The notes: generated from the letters alone by a model not told the origin. Positions 11,145 to 21,839 are shown, counted from the stretch's first letter. The stretch is 64,000 nt of DNA from an uncultured cyanobacterium (GCA_963706595.1 OY970166.1:4800001-4864000); one strand, 5' to 3'. Made by a program: numbers and translations.

Positions 11145-11212
11145 ACTGATTTTTAATGCAGTTCAAAAAGGCTGAGAAAGTATTTTTCTGAAGTTAGGAC
11201 ACAAACAAGCCT
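11145..11212 (+). pseudogene. Decayed duplicate of the 3' end of the ABC ATPase gene
   Basis: Aligns to about 9510-9577 (actgatttt...gaaagtat...ggacacaaacaagcc). Confidence 0.7.
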
Positions 11213-11258
11213 GTTCACCAGTCAATAATTATAAATAGCTATTTTTGGAGTTCCAATT

Positions 11259-12935
11259 ATGCTCAATCTCAAGTACAAACTAGGCGAATTAAACCCTCAA
11301 TTCTTACGAGAACTTAAAGGGCGTTTGAAAATTCGCAACGTTTTGTTAGCAATATCTACATCTTTACTTGGTCAGTTTATACTCTTCATGACTTTCCAAG
11401 CCCAACTGCCGGAAACCCTGATGGAATTGCCATATAGCAACAAGTATTGTACAGGTGAATCTAAATATAATCTACAAGAATGTATTGTCGATAATTACGG
11501 TAATCTCATTATCAACTGGCAATTATGGTATCAAGACATTTTTGATTGGCTCAGTTTGCTAGGAATTTTTGCCATTTTACTCGGTGGAACCTATTTACTC
11601 ATCAATGATTTAGCCACCGAAGAACGGCGAGATACGCTAAATTTTATTCGTCTTAGCCCCCAACCACCCCAAAGTATTCTCTTGGGTAAAATGCTGGGTG
11701 TTCCCATCGTTTTGTATCTGGTAATATTGCTGGCAATTCCTTTCCATTTTTGGTTAGGTTTGAATGCCAAATTACCCTGGGAGCAAATTTCAATTTTTTA
11801 TATAATTCTGCTCGCTTCTAGCTTTTTCTACTACAGTGGCGCATTACTATTTGGTTTAATAGGTTCTTGGTTAGTTGGTTTTCAATCTTGGTTAGGAAGC
11901 GTGTTTGTTTTGGGTTTGCTGCTATTTACTCAGGAAGCACTAAAGGATGGTAATTACTTAGCCGGTCCGTTGCAAGCACTGAGGCTGATTAGTCCACAGT
12001 ATTTTATTCCCCATTCTTCAGCCAGTTTTGGACTTGCTAGTTTTCACTGGTTTGGTCTCCCATTAGGAGATAGTTTTGTGATTATCAGCAGCTTTACTTT
12101 AGCAGTTTACTTAATCGGCAGTTACTTTATCTGGAAATCTCTACAACGTTGCTATCTTGATCCTAATGCCACAATGTTGAGTAAGCAACAGAGTTATTTA
12201 CTCACTATTAGCTTTACTGCTATTACTTTAGGATGTGCCACTTGGCCAAATGTAGTTGCTAAAAATTATTCCTTATCAGGACTAAAGGCAGATTTATCAA
12301 TGTTATTGTTTCTGTATCTGGTGCTGTTTTTATATCTGATTGCGGCGCTGATGCCGAATCGCCAAACACTACAAGATTGGGCTAGATATCGCCACATTTA
12401 TACTGCTAAAAATTCAGGTAAGGGCAAGTTAATCAAGGATTTAATTCAAGGTGAAAAAAGTCCGGGTGTACTAGCGATCGCGATCAATGCTTTAATTGCT
12501 ATTACTAGCATGAGTGTATTTATTTCCATCCAACCAATCGATGTATTTCACAAAATTACTGGTTTTGCCGCTTTAATTTTCGCCTTTAGTTTATTGATGA
12601 TCTATGCAGCCTTAGCTCAACTACTTTTATTCATGAAAAATGACATGAGATTATTATGGACTAATGGCATTATCGGGGCTGTAATTATTTTGCCACCGAT
12701 TGTTTTAGTCCTGTTGTTCTCCGAACCTGGAAATCAAACTTTTCTGTGGTTGTTTTCTATAGCTGCACCAGTTATATTTTTACACTTACAAAATCAGGCT
12801 TTGTTAAATGTCATGAGTTCTATTGTCGCCATTTTGGGACACGCAGGTATTTTAGGTTTATTGCTGTTCCAAACCCAGCGCCAATTGCAAAAAGCCGGAG
12901 AATCAGCTACAAAGGCACTATTAACACCAAATTAA
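11259..12935 (+). CDS. ABC-2 type permease-like membrane protein, copy 2
   Basis: Paralogue of 9624-11138 with near-identical N- and C-termini. Has an extra Cys-containing loop. Confidence 0.78.
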   Translation: MLNLKYKLGELNPQFLRELKGRLKIRNVLLAISTSLLGQFILFMTFQAQLPETLMELPYSNKYCTGESKYNLQECIVDNYGNLIINWQLWYQDIFDWLSLLGIFAILLGGTYLLINDLATEERRDTLNFIRLSPQPPQSILLGKMLGVPIVLYLVILLAIPFHFWLGLNAKLPWEQISIFYIILLASSFFYYSGALLFGLIGSWLVGFQSWLGSVFVLGLLLFTQEALKDGNYLAGPLQALRLISPQYFIPHSSASFGLASFHWFGLPLGDSFVIISSFTLAVYLIGSYFIWKSLQRCYLDPNATMLSKQQSYLLTISFTAITLGCATWPNVVAKNYSLSGLKADLSMLLFLYLVLFLYLIAALMPNRQTLQDWARYRHIYTAKNSGKGKLIKDLIQGEKSPGVLAIAINALIAITSMSVFISIQPIDVFHKITGFAALIFAFSLLMIYAALAQLLLFMKNDMRLLWTNGIIGAVIILPPIVLVLLFSEPGNQTFLWLFSIAAPVIFLHLQNQALLNVMSSIVAILGHAGILGLLLFQTQRQLQKAGESATKALLTPN

Positions 12936-12985
12936 ATCCCACATTTGATTGAGGGATGGGTGTTCTCACCTGTGCCATAATTCTC

Positions 12986-14094
12986 TTATTTACCAACTAA
13001 AACTTCTTTTCTGGCGACTGCTGTGGGGATATTGTAGTTCTTAGCTAATTCGTGGTAGACAGCCAGGGTTTCTTCATTCACTCGCGCCGCACTAAAACGT
13101 TGTAAATTTTCTTTGGCGCGACATCTCCACCTGCGTAATTGTACGGGGTCTCTGAGCAATTGTGTCAAAGCTGTGGCTAAGGTTTGACTATCTTGAGGTG
13201 GAACTAAAATACCAGCTTGTCGATTATCTAAAGTTTCGGGAATCCCGTCTACATCGCTGGCGATAATTGCACAACCTGCTTCCCGCGCCTCTGTCAGCAC
13301 TAAACCAAAGGATTCGCAGTGTGAAGCCAGAACAAAAATATCGGTTGCTAACATATAGCGTTGCGGTTCTGGCTGGAATCCTTCAAAATGAATGCGATCG
13401 CGATCAACTGTATTTTGCACCATTGTCTCAAAGGTGGCGCGGTCTGCCCATCTCCGACTAAATATAGATGGGCGTTGGGAAATTCTGCCGCAATTTTGCT
13501 AAAAGCTGTAATTAACTCCACAATTCCTTTGCGGGTATACATCCCGGCTACAGTGGTAATTGCTGGACGCTGTAGGGGTAGTGGTTGGTAATTTTGAATG
13601 CTACTATGCCGAGGACTGTTTAATGTCCCGTTGGATATTACCCGCAGCTTCTTTGGTGGTATACCTCGCTGTACCATTGAATCAGCTACTGCATGACTAA
13701 CAGCAATGACTCGATCGGCTAATCCCATCAGTACAGCACTACGCTGGAACTCATTGTGTACTGTAGAAACTAAACTGTACTTATAGCTGCTTTTGTACAT
13801 CCCTGCTAGTACAACCCCTGTCATCATGTGTGCATGGACAATATCAGGCTGAAACTCTTGCAAAATCTGTCGAAAACGCCAAGCAGCTTTGATAATATTT
13901 AGTGGTTCTCGATACTGATTTAATTGCCAGTGTTGGACATAATGAGATGCTAGTAATATATCATATTCGCCTCCATCTGAGACAACAGCCACAGTATGAC
14001 CATCTTGACTTTGTAAACAAGCTAAGTCTACTGCTACATTGACAATTCCATTACCAATTTTCTGAATGTGGTTGATAATATGTAATATCCGCAT
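12986..14094 (-). pseudogene. Glycosyltransferase family 4, split by a 1-nt deletion at about 13446 (pseudogene or sequencing error)
   Basis: N-half (HAH, IAVS, GMYTRKG, LVGDG) and C-half (ESFGLVLTEA, SDVDGIPE) are in different frames. Adding one base restores LVGDGPDRATFETMVQ. Confidence 0.8.
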
Positions 14095-14114
14095 ATAATT
14101 TTTATCCTCAGCAG

Positions 14115-14921
14115 TTAGTCAATCTTAAAAAAGATTTCATAAGAACCTAAAAAACGCTTAATAAAGCCACGAGGTAGGCTTTCAACTTGAGATACATAAG
14201 AGGCGATCGCTCTATTTTTCTTTTCTTGAACTGGTGTAATAGAAAAACAGTGCGCTGCGGCTATGTCCTGTAACTTGAGGAGAATAAAGAGCGGCGCTCT
14301 CCAAAATAACCAAATGGGATATTGTAGCAATTCTACTGTGATGTTATTTTGAGCGTAGATGCTAAGTAGCTTCTCATCAGATATGGCTGTTTTGACTAAT
14401 TGATACGTAGCTTCATGATCTCTATGACAATCTTTTTGGTGAGGTACATATACTTCTTCTGGTTGATAATATCGAATCAGTGCAGATACTTGAGAAATTG
14501 TCTGTTTTTTATCTTCAGGTTTTAAATTTTGCAAACTCCCATCTGGTTTAGCTAAAAAATGGATCTCTGATGCTTCTACTCCTAAAATCGCCAATGCTGT
14601 TACTGCCTCTTGTTGGCGAATTTGGACTAGAGTATTTTGAGAATCTCCAACTCCTAACCCCTGTCCATCTGTGAGAAATACAACTATGACTGGTATTCCC
14701 TGTTCACGCTTATGAGCAATCATTCCCCCACAGCCAAAGGTTTCATCATCTTGGTGAGGAGAAAACACCATCGCTGATTTTTGGGTAAATTCTAAAGGCT
14801 GACTGCTACGAAGTAAAATCCATTTGCACAGTAAGCTAGAGTGGATATATTGTAATTTCTCAAGCCAAGGATAAGGAAATATTGTTTGTAAGCGCTGCAA
14901 ATGAGTTTTGACTGTGATCAT
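14115..14921 (-). CDS. PIG-L/LmbE family deacetylase
   Basis: SPHQDDE, LTDG, RQQEA, HRDH motifs. Confidence 0.88.
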   Translation of the reverse strand: MITVKTHLQRLQTIFPYPWLEKLQYIHSSLLCKWILLRSSQPLEFTQKSAMVFSPHQDDETFGCGGMIAHKREQGIPVIVVFLTDGQGLGVGDSQNTLVQIRQQEAVTALAILGVEASEIHFLAKPDGSLQNLKPEDKKQTISQVSALIRYYQPEEVYVPHQKDCHRDHEATYQLVKTAISDEKLLSIYAQNNITVELLQYPIWLFWRAPLFILLKLQDIAAAHCFSITPVQEKKNRAIASYVSQVESLPRGFIKRFLGSYEIFFKID

Positions 14922-15028
14922 TACTTAATGTTCCCTAAAAAATTACTTATTCAATGGAGTCAGCAACTTGGTTATGAAAAACTACTTATGTGCAATTTTT
15001 TTAACTATTGAATCAGCTTTAACATTAA

Positions 15029-15171
15029 TAGGACTTACGCAAAAACCCTCTCAAACCCTTATTTCTCTATGTCCTCTGCGTCTGGTGTGGTATGCGCTAC
15101 GCGCACGCTACGCGTTAAGCGCAAGCTATGCCGAAGGCTGTACGTTTTTTCATAATTTTGCGTAAGTCCTG
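15029..15171. mobile_element. MITE with TIR AGGACTTACGCAAAA, containing nested short repeats
   Basis: AGGACTTACGCAAAA (15030) and TTTTGCGTAAGTCCT (to 15170), with ATTAA on both flanks. A solo right end lies at about 6064-6075. Confidence 0.75.
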
Positions 15172-15670
15172 ATTAAATTTTAGTGTTTTTTAATAATTTT
15201 AATTCTTCCTGGTTGCATCCCAATAAGTTCAATTATTACTTACTTCTATTTTATAAATTTATTTTTTATGTAAAGAAAGTCTGTAAATGTAAAATAATGT
15301 CTTTATTGATAGAATAATAATTCTATTTTTATGCCCAAAGGATATTGTTTTTTTGATGTATAGCTGGGGAGTAGGGAGAAGAATAATGGTTGTTAAGTAA
15401 CCGGAAGTTTAAAATAATTTCTTACTCCCCCTTACTCCGGTGCTTCCTGCTCCCCAGCTTCTTCTAGGGAGTGGGTTAAAATCCTTTTGGTGTCTAAGTT
15501 TGATTATCCGTTTATGTCTTAACCTCCTTGGCGGTTGCTATAATTATGTCGAGTGTTTTTTTATGTTCTACAAAATCAATAGAGAAACAACAAGACAAAG
15601 AAACAGAGTTACTGGACAACAGCCAGAAACTCTGTTATTAACAGCGTTTTCTCTATCTCTTGGCGAATGC

Positions 15671-17887
15671 TTATAATTTCAGGCGATACACAATCACTTT
15701 GGCTTTGGCGTTTTCTTCTACAAATACGAGATATTCACCATTAGAGCGGCGGGTAGCACGAATACCATAAGGGATATCAATCCAGCCACTTTCGTTTGCA
15801 ACTTCTTTCCCTGGTTTTAAATTTTTGACAAAAGCCCCTGTCTTGGCATTATATATATATACTTCTGCGGTTTTTACAGTGACGGCAAAAACATAGTCTC
15901 CGGCTACACTCATGGCTGCGGTGGAAACTTCGCGTTTACCAGTCGTATCGTGGGGAACTACTATGCGCCAACGAGGTGTGCTATTTCCCTGACTCCAATT
16001 ATCAAAGCGCACAATCTCAGAACCCAAAACTTTGGTATCATCACCAACTGCGGGATGATCGACTGTAAAGCCTGATAAATACATGGTATCGGTTTCTGGT
16101 AAATACTCAATCCGCCGCAAATCGCTAAATAAGCTGGGGGTTTTTTGCTTTTGCATGGAACTATAGGTGTAGATGGGGTTTCCATGCTCATCTAGTCCCT
16201 GTAAAGGATAACGGCGGATACCGTCTTTGGTTCGCAAGGTTTTCCAGACATCACCTTTAGTATCTACCCACCAGCCGCCGATGTAAGGATAATCTTCGCT
16301 GCGATCGTATTCACCTTGATCAAATTTACCGTTTTTGTTGCGATCGCGCCAAATCCATTCTCCTGATTCTGGTTGCTGTGGCGGCCAACTTTTCTCAATT
16401 GATTTTCCCCCACCACCACGAGTCCCCACAAACATTCCCGCCGGAATCGCAATTTTGCCATCTGTATTGGAATTGAAGCGATAAACTTGCAGAAAGCTTT
16501 CATACATATCAGTGAGGAAAACAAAGGGTTTCCCTTGGATGCGGCGCACCCAGGTAGCATCCGGCGATGTATGCAAACGTGGATCTTGGGGATATTTGAA
16601 AGGATTTAATGTGTAGGCTTTGTAAGTCCATTGCTTACCAGCCGGCTGACTATAATCCATCAAAAATTCTTCTTGTTTGCTAAATAAATTTACGCCATCA
16701 CTCTTGGGATCAGCATCAGCATTATCAACAAACTTCAATCCCAATAATTTCCATAACAACTTTCCCGATGATGAAAACTTGCGTAAATCTGTGCCTGAAT
16801 AATGAAAACCATTACTATTAACATAGACATTACCTGCGGAATCTGTACCAACTCCAGTCAAACCGTAAAGTTTCAAATCTTTGATTTCACCAGGAACACC
16901 ACCATAAACTCCCCCCTGGCTACCAAAAGTACCAACCTGGACTGGCTGATTTTTAATTTGGTAAATCAGCACTTGCTGACGAGGACCATTTTCCGCTACT
17001 AAAAGTCTATCTTGACGGTCAACTGCGATCGCAGTTGGTTCCACAATATTAGTAATCTCTTGGGGTAATTTCTTTCCTTCTGGGGAATAAAGCCGAATCT
17101 TCGCAGCATTACTGCCATTTTCACTTTGAATAATCCACAGATTACCTTGTTTATCAACAGCTATTCCCCCCGGTTTCGTAACACTAAAGCTGCGTAATTC
17201 CTTCATGGTCTCGGTGTTGTAGACACGCAGACGATTAGCAGCAGTATCACTGACATATAACTCATTTCCCCTCGTTGCTAATCCAGTCACACCACCTTGA
17301 TTACTGACAATAATCATACTCTGATCCCAACCACGTCCCTCAGTAAAAGGCGCAGATTTCCCAGATAAGTCATAGCGTCTGACGCAATACCAAGTTGTAC
17401 CTTTTGCAGGATAATCTTGATCTTTTCTGTTCACAAAACCTTGGCGCATGGCAATGTAAATATATTTACTGTTTGCCGTTACAGCTTGTCCTCCGAGACG
17501 ACTCCAGCCGTGGGTATCACTCAATTTACCGATGACATTGCCATCTTTATATATTCCGGCTTCTCTGCCGGCTTCATCCCAGGCACTATTAGTGTAAACT
17601 GTGCCATTTGGTGCAACATACATGGATTCAATATTATTTTGTACCCACTTTTCTCCACCACCAAATGTATTCCCAATCCAAGATGTTTGATATGTGGGTT
17701 GAGGTGTTTTACTGCTAACCCCATCGTTGGAAAACCCAATGGCAGTAAAAATTACGACTATAGATATAATCAGAACAAAATTAACAAATTTCAATCTCTG
17801 AAAAACTTTATTTCGAGATAGTGTCTTGATGTATTGGTTAAGCCTCTGGTAAATTTTACCAAACTGCTGTATTACTTTATTTCGCAT
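15671..17887 (-). CDS. Membrane-anchored or secreted NHL/beta-propeller protein
   Basis: N-terminal TM. Repeats such as LYVSDTAANRLRVY, PGGIAVDKQGNLWI, PTAIAVDRQDRLLVAE. Confidence 0.75.
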   Translation of the reverse strand: MRNKVIQQFGKIYQRLNQYIKTLSRNKVFQRLKFVNFVLIISIVVIFTAIGFSNDGVSSKTPQPTYQTSWIGNTFGGGEKWVQNNIESMYVAPNGTVYTNSAWDEAGREAGIYKDGNVIGKLSDTHGWSRLGGQAVTANSKYIYIAMRQGFVNRKDQDYPAKGTTWYCVRRYDLSGKSAPFTEGRGWDQSMIIVSNQGGVTGLATRGNELYVSDTAANRLRVYNTETMKELRSFSVTKPGGIAVDKQGNLWIIQSENGSNAAKIRLYSPEGKKLPQEITNIVEPTAIAVDRQDRLLVAENGPRQQVLIYQIKNQPVQVGTFGSQGGVYGGVPGEIKDLKLYGLTGVGTDSAGNVYVNSNGFHYSGTDLRKFSSSGKLLWKLLGLKFVDNADADPKSDGVNLFSKQEEFLMDYSQPAGKQWTYKAYTLNPFKYPQDPRLHTSPDATWVRRIQGKPFVFLTDMYESFLQVYRFNSNTDGKIAIPAGMFVGTRGGGGKSIEKSWPPQQPESGEWIWRDRNKNGKFDQGEYDRSEDYPYIGGWWVDTKGDVWKTLRTKDGIRRYPLQGLDEHGNPIYTYSSMQKQKTPSLFSDLRRIEYLPETDTMYLSGFTVDHPAVGDDTKVLGSEIVRFDNWSQGNSTPRWRIVVPHDTTGKREVSTAAMSVAGDYVFAVTVKTAEVYIYNAKTGAFVKNLKPGKEVANESGWIDIPYGIRATRRSNGEYLVFVEENAKAKVIVYRLKL

Positions 17888-18564
17888 ATTATTAGCCGTA
17901 ATGATTAATAAAATTCAGTGCCTGGGATGAAATACATAAAACTTAGGGGTGATTATCAAAACACTAGCTATATTTTTTACATAAACTTCAAATATAGATG
18001 AAAGGAAGTTTCAAGTAAGCGCTAATGGTCTAAGATTAACAATCCTGTGATGCTCCCCTGTAGAGATTCTAGACTCTAGCTTTTGTCAGAACTGTGACAT
18101 TTATTTGCACCCAGTGTCAGCTTTTATATTTATTAACCTTCCTGCAATCGTCAGATATATCTTTAATAACAAATAATTGTGAGGAAAGATTTCCTGTTTA
18201 CCAAAAATTCATCAAAAAAATACATTCTTTCAAACATAAAATCAACTTTATGTATTAATATTTACTTTTTATAAATCAAAACTTGTAAATATTAAGACAA
18301 ATACTCGAACTGGGTTGACTACCAACTAATTTAAATAACTCCACCAAGAAAAGACTGGTGTTGACAGCGTAATATAAATAGTTTAGGGGCTAATATTTTC
18401 TGAAAGTATCTACAGAGTAGGACGTGAAAATTACTGATTTTGTAGATAATGGCAGGATAGAAGTATTAGCACCATCAACTTATTTACGATTGACTTAAAA
18501 ACAGCGCTGGAACTTGGTATTAAAATAAACGTATACACCTCAATATATGATGGGAGTTAAGTAA

Positions 18565-19734
18565 GTGGAAGGTAGAAAAGAAAACTGTGATTCAACATCT
18601 GCATCTATTCTCACATTAGGAATAGGCTGGTTTCCTAACACTCCCGGCGGATTAGAAAGGTATATTTATGAACTAACTCATAGATTAGCCGCCAATCAAG
18701 ACCAAGTAGAATTATGTGGAGTTGGTCTACCAGAAACTGAGTTGAATTTGCCAATTAAGCTGACTAACTTGGCTGAACCAGATCAGACAGTTTGGAAACG
18801 TCTAGGATCTATTCGGAACAAATTTCAGAAAACAAGAGTCAATAAACCAGATGCAATTAATCTGCATTTTGCATTATATAGCTTTCCGATTTTAGACCTG
18901 TTACCCAAAGGTGTACCCATAACTTTTAACTTTCATGGCCCTTGGGCATCTGAAAGTCAGCAGGAAACACTTAGTAATCAACTCAATCTTTTTCTGAAGC
19001 GACGGCTAATAGAACAAAGCACTTATAATCGTTGCGATCGCTTCATTGTTCTCAGTCAAGCATTTGGTAACATTTTACATCAACAGTATCAAATACCTTG
19101 GAGCAAAATTCATATTATCCCTGGAGGAGTGAATGTTAATTACTTTCAAGCCAACTTATCACGCCAAGTTGCACGAGAAAAGCTAGGCTGGCCGGAAAAT
19201 CGCCGCATCCTATTTACATCCCGCCGTTTAGTACAGCGAGTTGGGATTGACAAGTTACTAGAAGCGCTGGTGATGATTAAGCCGCAAGTTCCTGATGTTT
19301 GGTTAGCGATCGCAGGTCGTGGTCATCTGCAAGCTACACTACAACAACAGGTGCAAGAATTAGGCTTAGAAGACAACGTGAAGTTTTTAGGTTTTCTACC
19401 TGAGACACAATTACCCCTAGCTTACCAAGCGGCTGAATTAACAATCATGCCTAGCCAATCTTTTGAAGGGTTTGGATTAGCACTTGTCGAATCTTTAGCT
19501 TGTGGGACTCCAGTTGTCTGTACTCCTGTTGGGGGAATGCCAGAAATTTTATCCCCATTTTCACCAGAGTTAATTACTGATTCTACCGCAGCCTCAGCTA
19601 TTGCGGAAAAATTAGTGCAGATACTTTTAGGCAATTTAGCAATTCCTTCCCGTTTAGCCTGTCGTGAGTATGCAGTGAATAATTTTGACTGGCAACATAT
19701 AACTCAGCAAGTGCGGCAGGTTCTCTTAAATTGA
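18565..19734 (+). CDS. Glycosyltransferase family 4
   Basis: GGLERY, FHGPW, EGFGLALVESLACGTPV. Confidence 0.9.
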   Translation: MEGRKENCDSTSASILTLGIGWFPNTPGGLERYIYELTHRLAANQDQVELCGVGLPETELNLPIKLTNLAEPDQTVWKRLGSIRNKFQKTRVNKPDAINLHFALYSFPILDLLPKGVPITFNFHGPWASESQQETLSNQLNLFLKRRLIEQSTYNRCDRFIVLSQAFGNILHQQYQIPWSKIHIIPGGVNVNYFQANLSRQVAREKLGWPENRRILFTSRRLVQRVGIDKLLEALVMIKPQVPDVWLAIAGRGHLQATLQQQVQELGLEDNVKFLGFLPETQLPLAYQAAELTIMPSQSFEGFGLALVESLACGTPVVCTPVGGMPEILSPFSPELITDSTAASAIAEKLVQILLGNLAIPSRLACREYAVNNFDWQHITQQVRQVLLN

Positions 19735-19784
19735 TGTCACTGCTAAACAATTGATTGTAGATTATACCACATACATTATAATAT

Positions 19785-20954
19785 ATGAAAATTCTGTTTT
19801 TAGACCAAAGTGGTAAACCCGGTGGTGCGGAACTTTGTTTAATAGATATTGCTAAACCATACCGCGATCGCGCTTTGGTCGGCTTGTTCGCAGATGGTGA
19901 TTTTAGAAAGTTACTACAGCAGCATCATATCCCAGTCAAAGTTTTAGCAACTCAACCCATTCAAGTTCGCAAACAAAGTAATTTGCTGCAATCTTTAGCC
20001 AGTGTAGGACAACTTGCCCCACTATTAGCCAAGGTGGTACAAACAGCTAAAGAATATGATCTGATCTACGCCAATACCCAAAAAGCCTTAGTTATTGGCG
20101 CATTGGCGAGTTTTTTCGCCCGTCGTCCTTTGGTTTATCATTTACATGACATTCTTTCTTCAGAACATTTTAGCCCCACTAATCTGCGGGTTGCTGTGAC
20201 TTTAGCAAATCGTTTTGCCTCATTAGTAATTGTTAATTCTCAAGCTAGTCGAACAGCTTTTATTCAAGCGGGAGGAAATGCCAAACTCACGGAAATTGTG
20301 TATAATGGTTTTGATTCGCAAAATTATCAAACTTCTGAATTTGAAGTTAAAGAATTACGGGAACAGTTAGGGCTAGAAGGAAAATTTGTAGTTGGACACT
20401 TCAGCCGACTTGCGCCGTGGAAAGGGCAACATATTTTAATTGATGCTTTATCTAAATGTCCGCCAGAAGTGACAGTAATTTTAGTTGGTGATGCCCTGTT
20501 TGGCGAACAAGATTATGTCCAACAATTGCATGAACAAGTTGCACAGTTGAAATTAGAAAACCGAGTGAAGTTTTTAGGATTTCGGGCAGATGTTCCCCAG
20601 TTAATGGCAGCTTGTGACTTGGTAGCACATACCTCAACTGCCCCAGAACCCTTTGGGAGAGTGATTGTGGAGGCGATGCTATGCAGTCGGCCTGTGGTAG
20701 CTGCTAAGGCTGGGGGCGCGATGGAATTAGTCGAACATGGTTTGAATGGTTTTCTGGTGACACCAGGAGAAAGTGGGGAATTAGCACAGGTGATCAATAC
20801 TTGTATTGCAGAAATAGAAATGACTGCAACTATCGCTAATCATGGTAGAGCGATCGCTTGTCAGCGTTTTGATATAGTAGCCATTAATCAGCAAATTGCT
20901 CAACTATTGTCCCACCAGTTGAAAAAACCAGCCCACCCCGCCGACGATGGTTAA
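19785..20954 (+). CDS. Glycosyltransferase family 4
   Basis: GGAELCL, RLAPWKGQ, EPFGRVIVEAM. Confidence 0.9.
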   Translation: MKILFLDQSGKPGGAELCLIDIAKPYRDRALVGLFADGDFRKLLQQHHIPVKVLATQPIQVRKQSNLLQSLASVGQLAPLLAKVVQTAKEYDLIYANTQKALVIGALASFFARRPLVYHLHDILSSEHFSPTNLRVAVTLANRFASLVIVNSQASRTAFIQAGGNAKLTEIVYNGFDSQNYQTSEFEVKELREQLGLEGKFVVGHFSRLAPWKGQHILIDALSKCPPEVTVILVGDALFGEQDYVQQLHEQVAQLKLENRVKFLGFRADVPQLMAACDLVAHTSTAPEPFGRVIVEAMLCSRPVVAAKAGGAMELVEHGLNGFLVTPGESGELAQVINTCIAEIEMTATIANHGRAIACQRFDIVAINQQIAQLLSHQLKKPAHPADDG

Positions 20955-20969
20955 ATGGGCTGGAAATGG

Positions 20970-21344
20970 CTACAAACCGACTAATTCACGAGATTCAAAA
21001 TCAGTGAGTTGATGAGCGATCGCTAATCTCGCGGCTAATTTAGCTACACTAAACTGGTTACGCAGATATTCTAACTGCGCGATCGCATTGGCTTTTTCCG
21101 TCGCTAACCGAATTTGAGTATCCATAGCTGTTTGATATTCTTGATTCACCAGCAAAACTTCAAAACGACGGGCTTTGCGTTGAGCATCATTTTTCAAATC
21201 CACGTCAAAAGCCGCAGCGCGATCAGCGTTACCTTCAAATCGGTCAATTTGCTGCTGTACCGCCATCAACTGAGAATCGATTTCATTCACTCTTTGGGCA
21301 GCTTGTGCGATCGCAGTGGGATAATGACTTAGTTCCACCATCAC
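20970..21344 (-). CDS. Hypothetical coiled-coil protein (gene 2 of putative SOS operon)
   Basis: 124-aa helical ORF with GAGGAAG upstream. Confidence 0.75.
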   Translation of the reverse strand: MMVELSHYPTAIAQAAQRVNEIDSQLMAVQQQIDRFEGNADRAAAFDVDLKNDAQRKARRFEVLLVNQEYQTAMDTQIRLATEKANAIAQLEYLRNQFSVAKLAARLAIAHQLTDFESRELVGL

Positions 21345-21371
21345 ATCATCTTCCTCATAAAAAAACTACTC

Positions 21372-21440
21372 CGGTTACTGAGCGCAGTCGAAGTAACTCC
21401 CTACTCCCTACTCCCTACTCCCCAATCCCCACTCCCCACT
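21372..21440. repeat. 24-bp small dispersed repeat (CGGTTACTGAGCGCAGTCGAAGTA) followed by heptamer CTCCCTA tandem repeats
   Basis: Core TACTGAGC-N4-CGAAGT shared with 47391-47413. STRR-like heptamers follow. Confidence 0.65.
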
Positions 21441-21441
21441 C

Positions 21442-21705
21442 TTACGCCACTTCTCGCAGTTGTGACGGCATATTTATTTCGGAAAATGGCAGTGAAAGTT
21501 GTTCACATTGAGGCGCAGCAGCTTGTTCTAAAACTTGTACTTCGATATTCACACTCAATAAATAATTACCAGTGTCAGTGCCAACAGCTTCAGCGATTAA
21601 TTGAGCAATGTCCGGGCGTTTCGCAGTCAGTGGATCACGTAAAATACACCGATCCCATTCATGTTTGGCAGTCGGATTGAGGTTGAGAATATAATGCTTC
21701 ATCAT
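21442..21705 (-). CDS. Hypothetical protein with C-terminal QLSLPF motif (gene 1 of putative SOS operon)
   Basis: ORF from ATG 21705 (MMKHYILN), downstream of a strong promoter. Confidence 0.7.
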   Translation of the reverse strand: MMKHYILNLNPTAKHEWDRCILRDPLTAKRPDIAQLIAEAVGTDTGNYLLSVNIEVQVLEQAAAPQCEQLSLPFSEINMPSQLREVA

Positions 21706-21788
21706 CGGACTAACCCTTAAATCCATCTTCTGTGAACTCTTTCGCAGAGCCGTTTTGCTCTTCACTAGGCTTTGTCAGCGCTATACCA

Positions 21789-21817
21789 ATTATAGTACAA
21801 ACGTTCTAATATGGCAA
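21789..21817 (-). promoter_or_regulatory. Sigma70 promoter TTGCCA-N17-TATAAT with LexA-type box TAGTAC-AAAC-GTTCTA (21793-21808)
   Basis: -35 at 21817-21812, -10 at 21794-21789, exact 17-nt spacer. AGTAC-N4-GTTCT resembles the cyanobacterial LexA box. Confidence 0.75.
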
Positions 21818-21839
21818 GATGCTATTTGCTGGTCATTGA

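Noticed and set aside
14968..15676. Short ORFs 14968-15165 and 15440-15676
   Set aside because: They run through a MITE and repeats and have no recognisable motifs.
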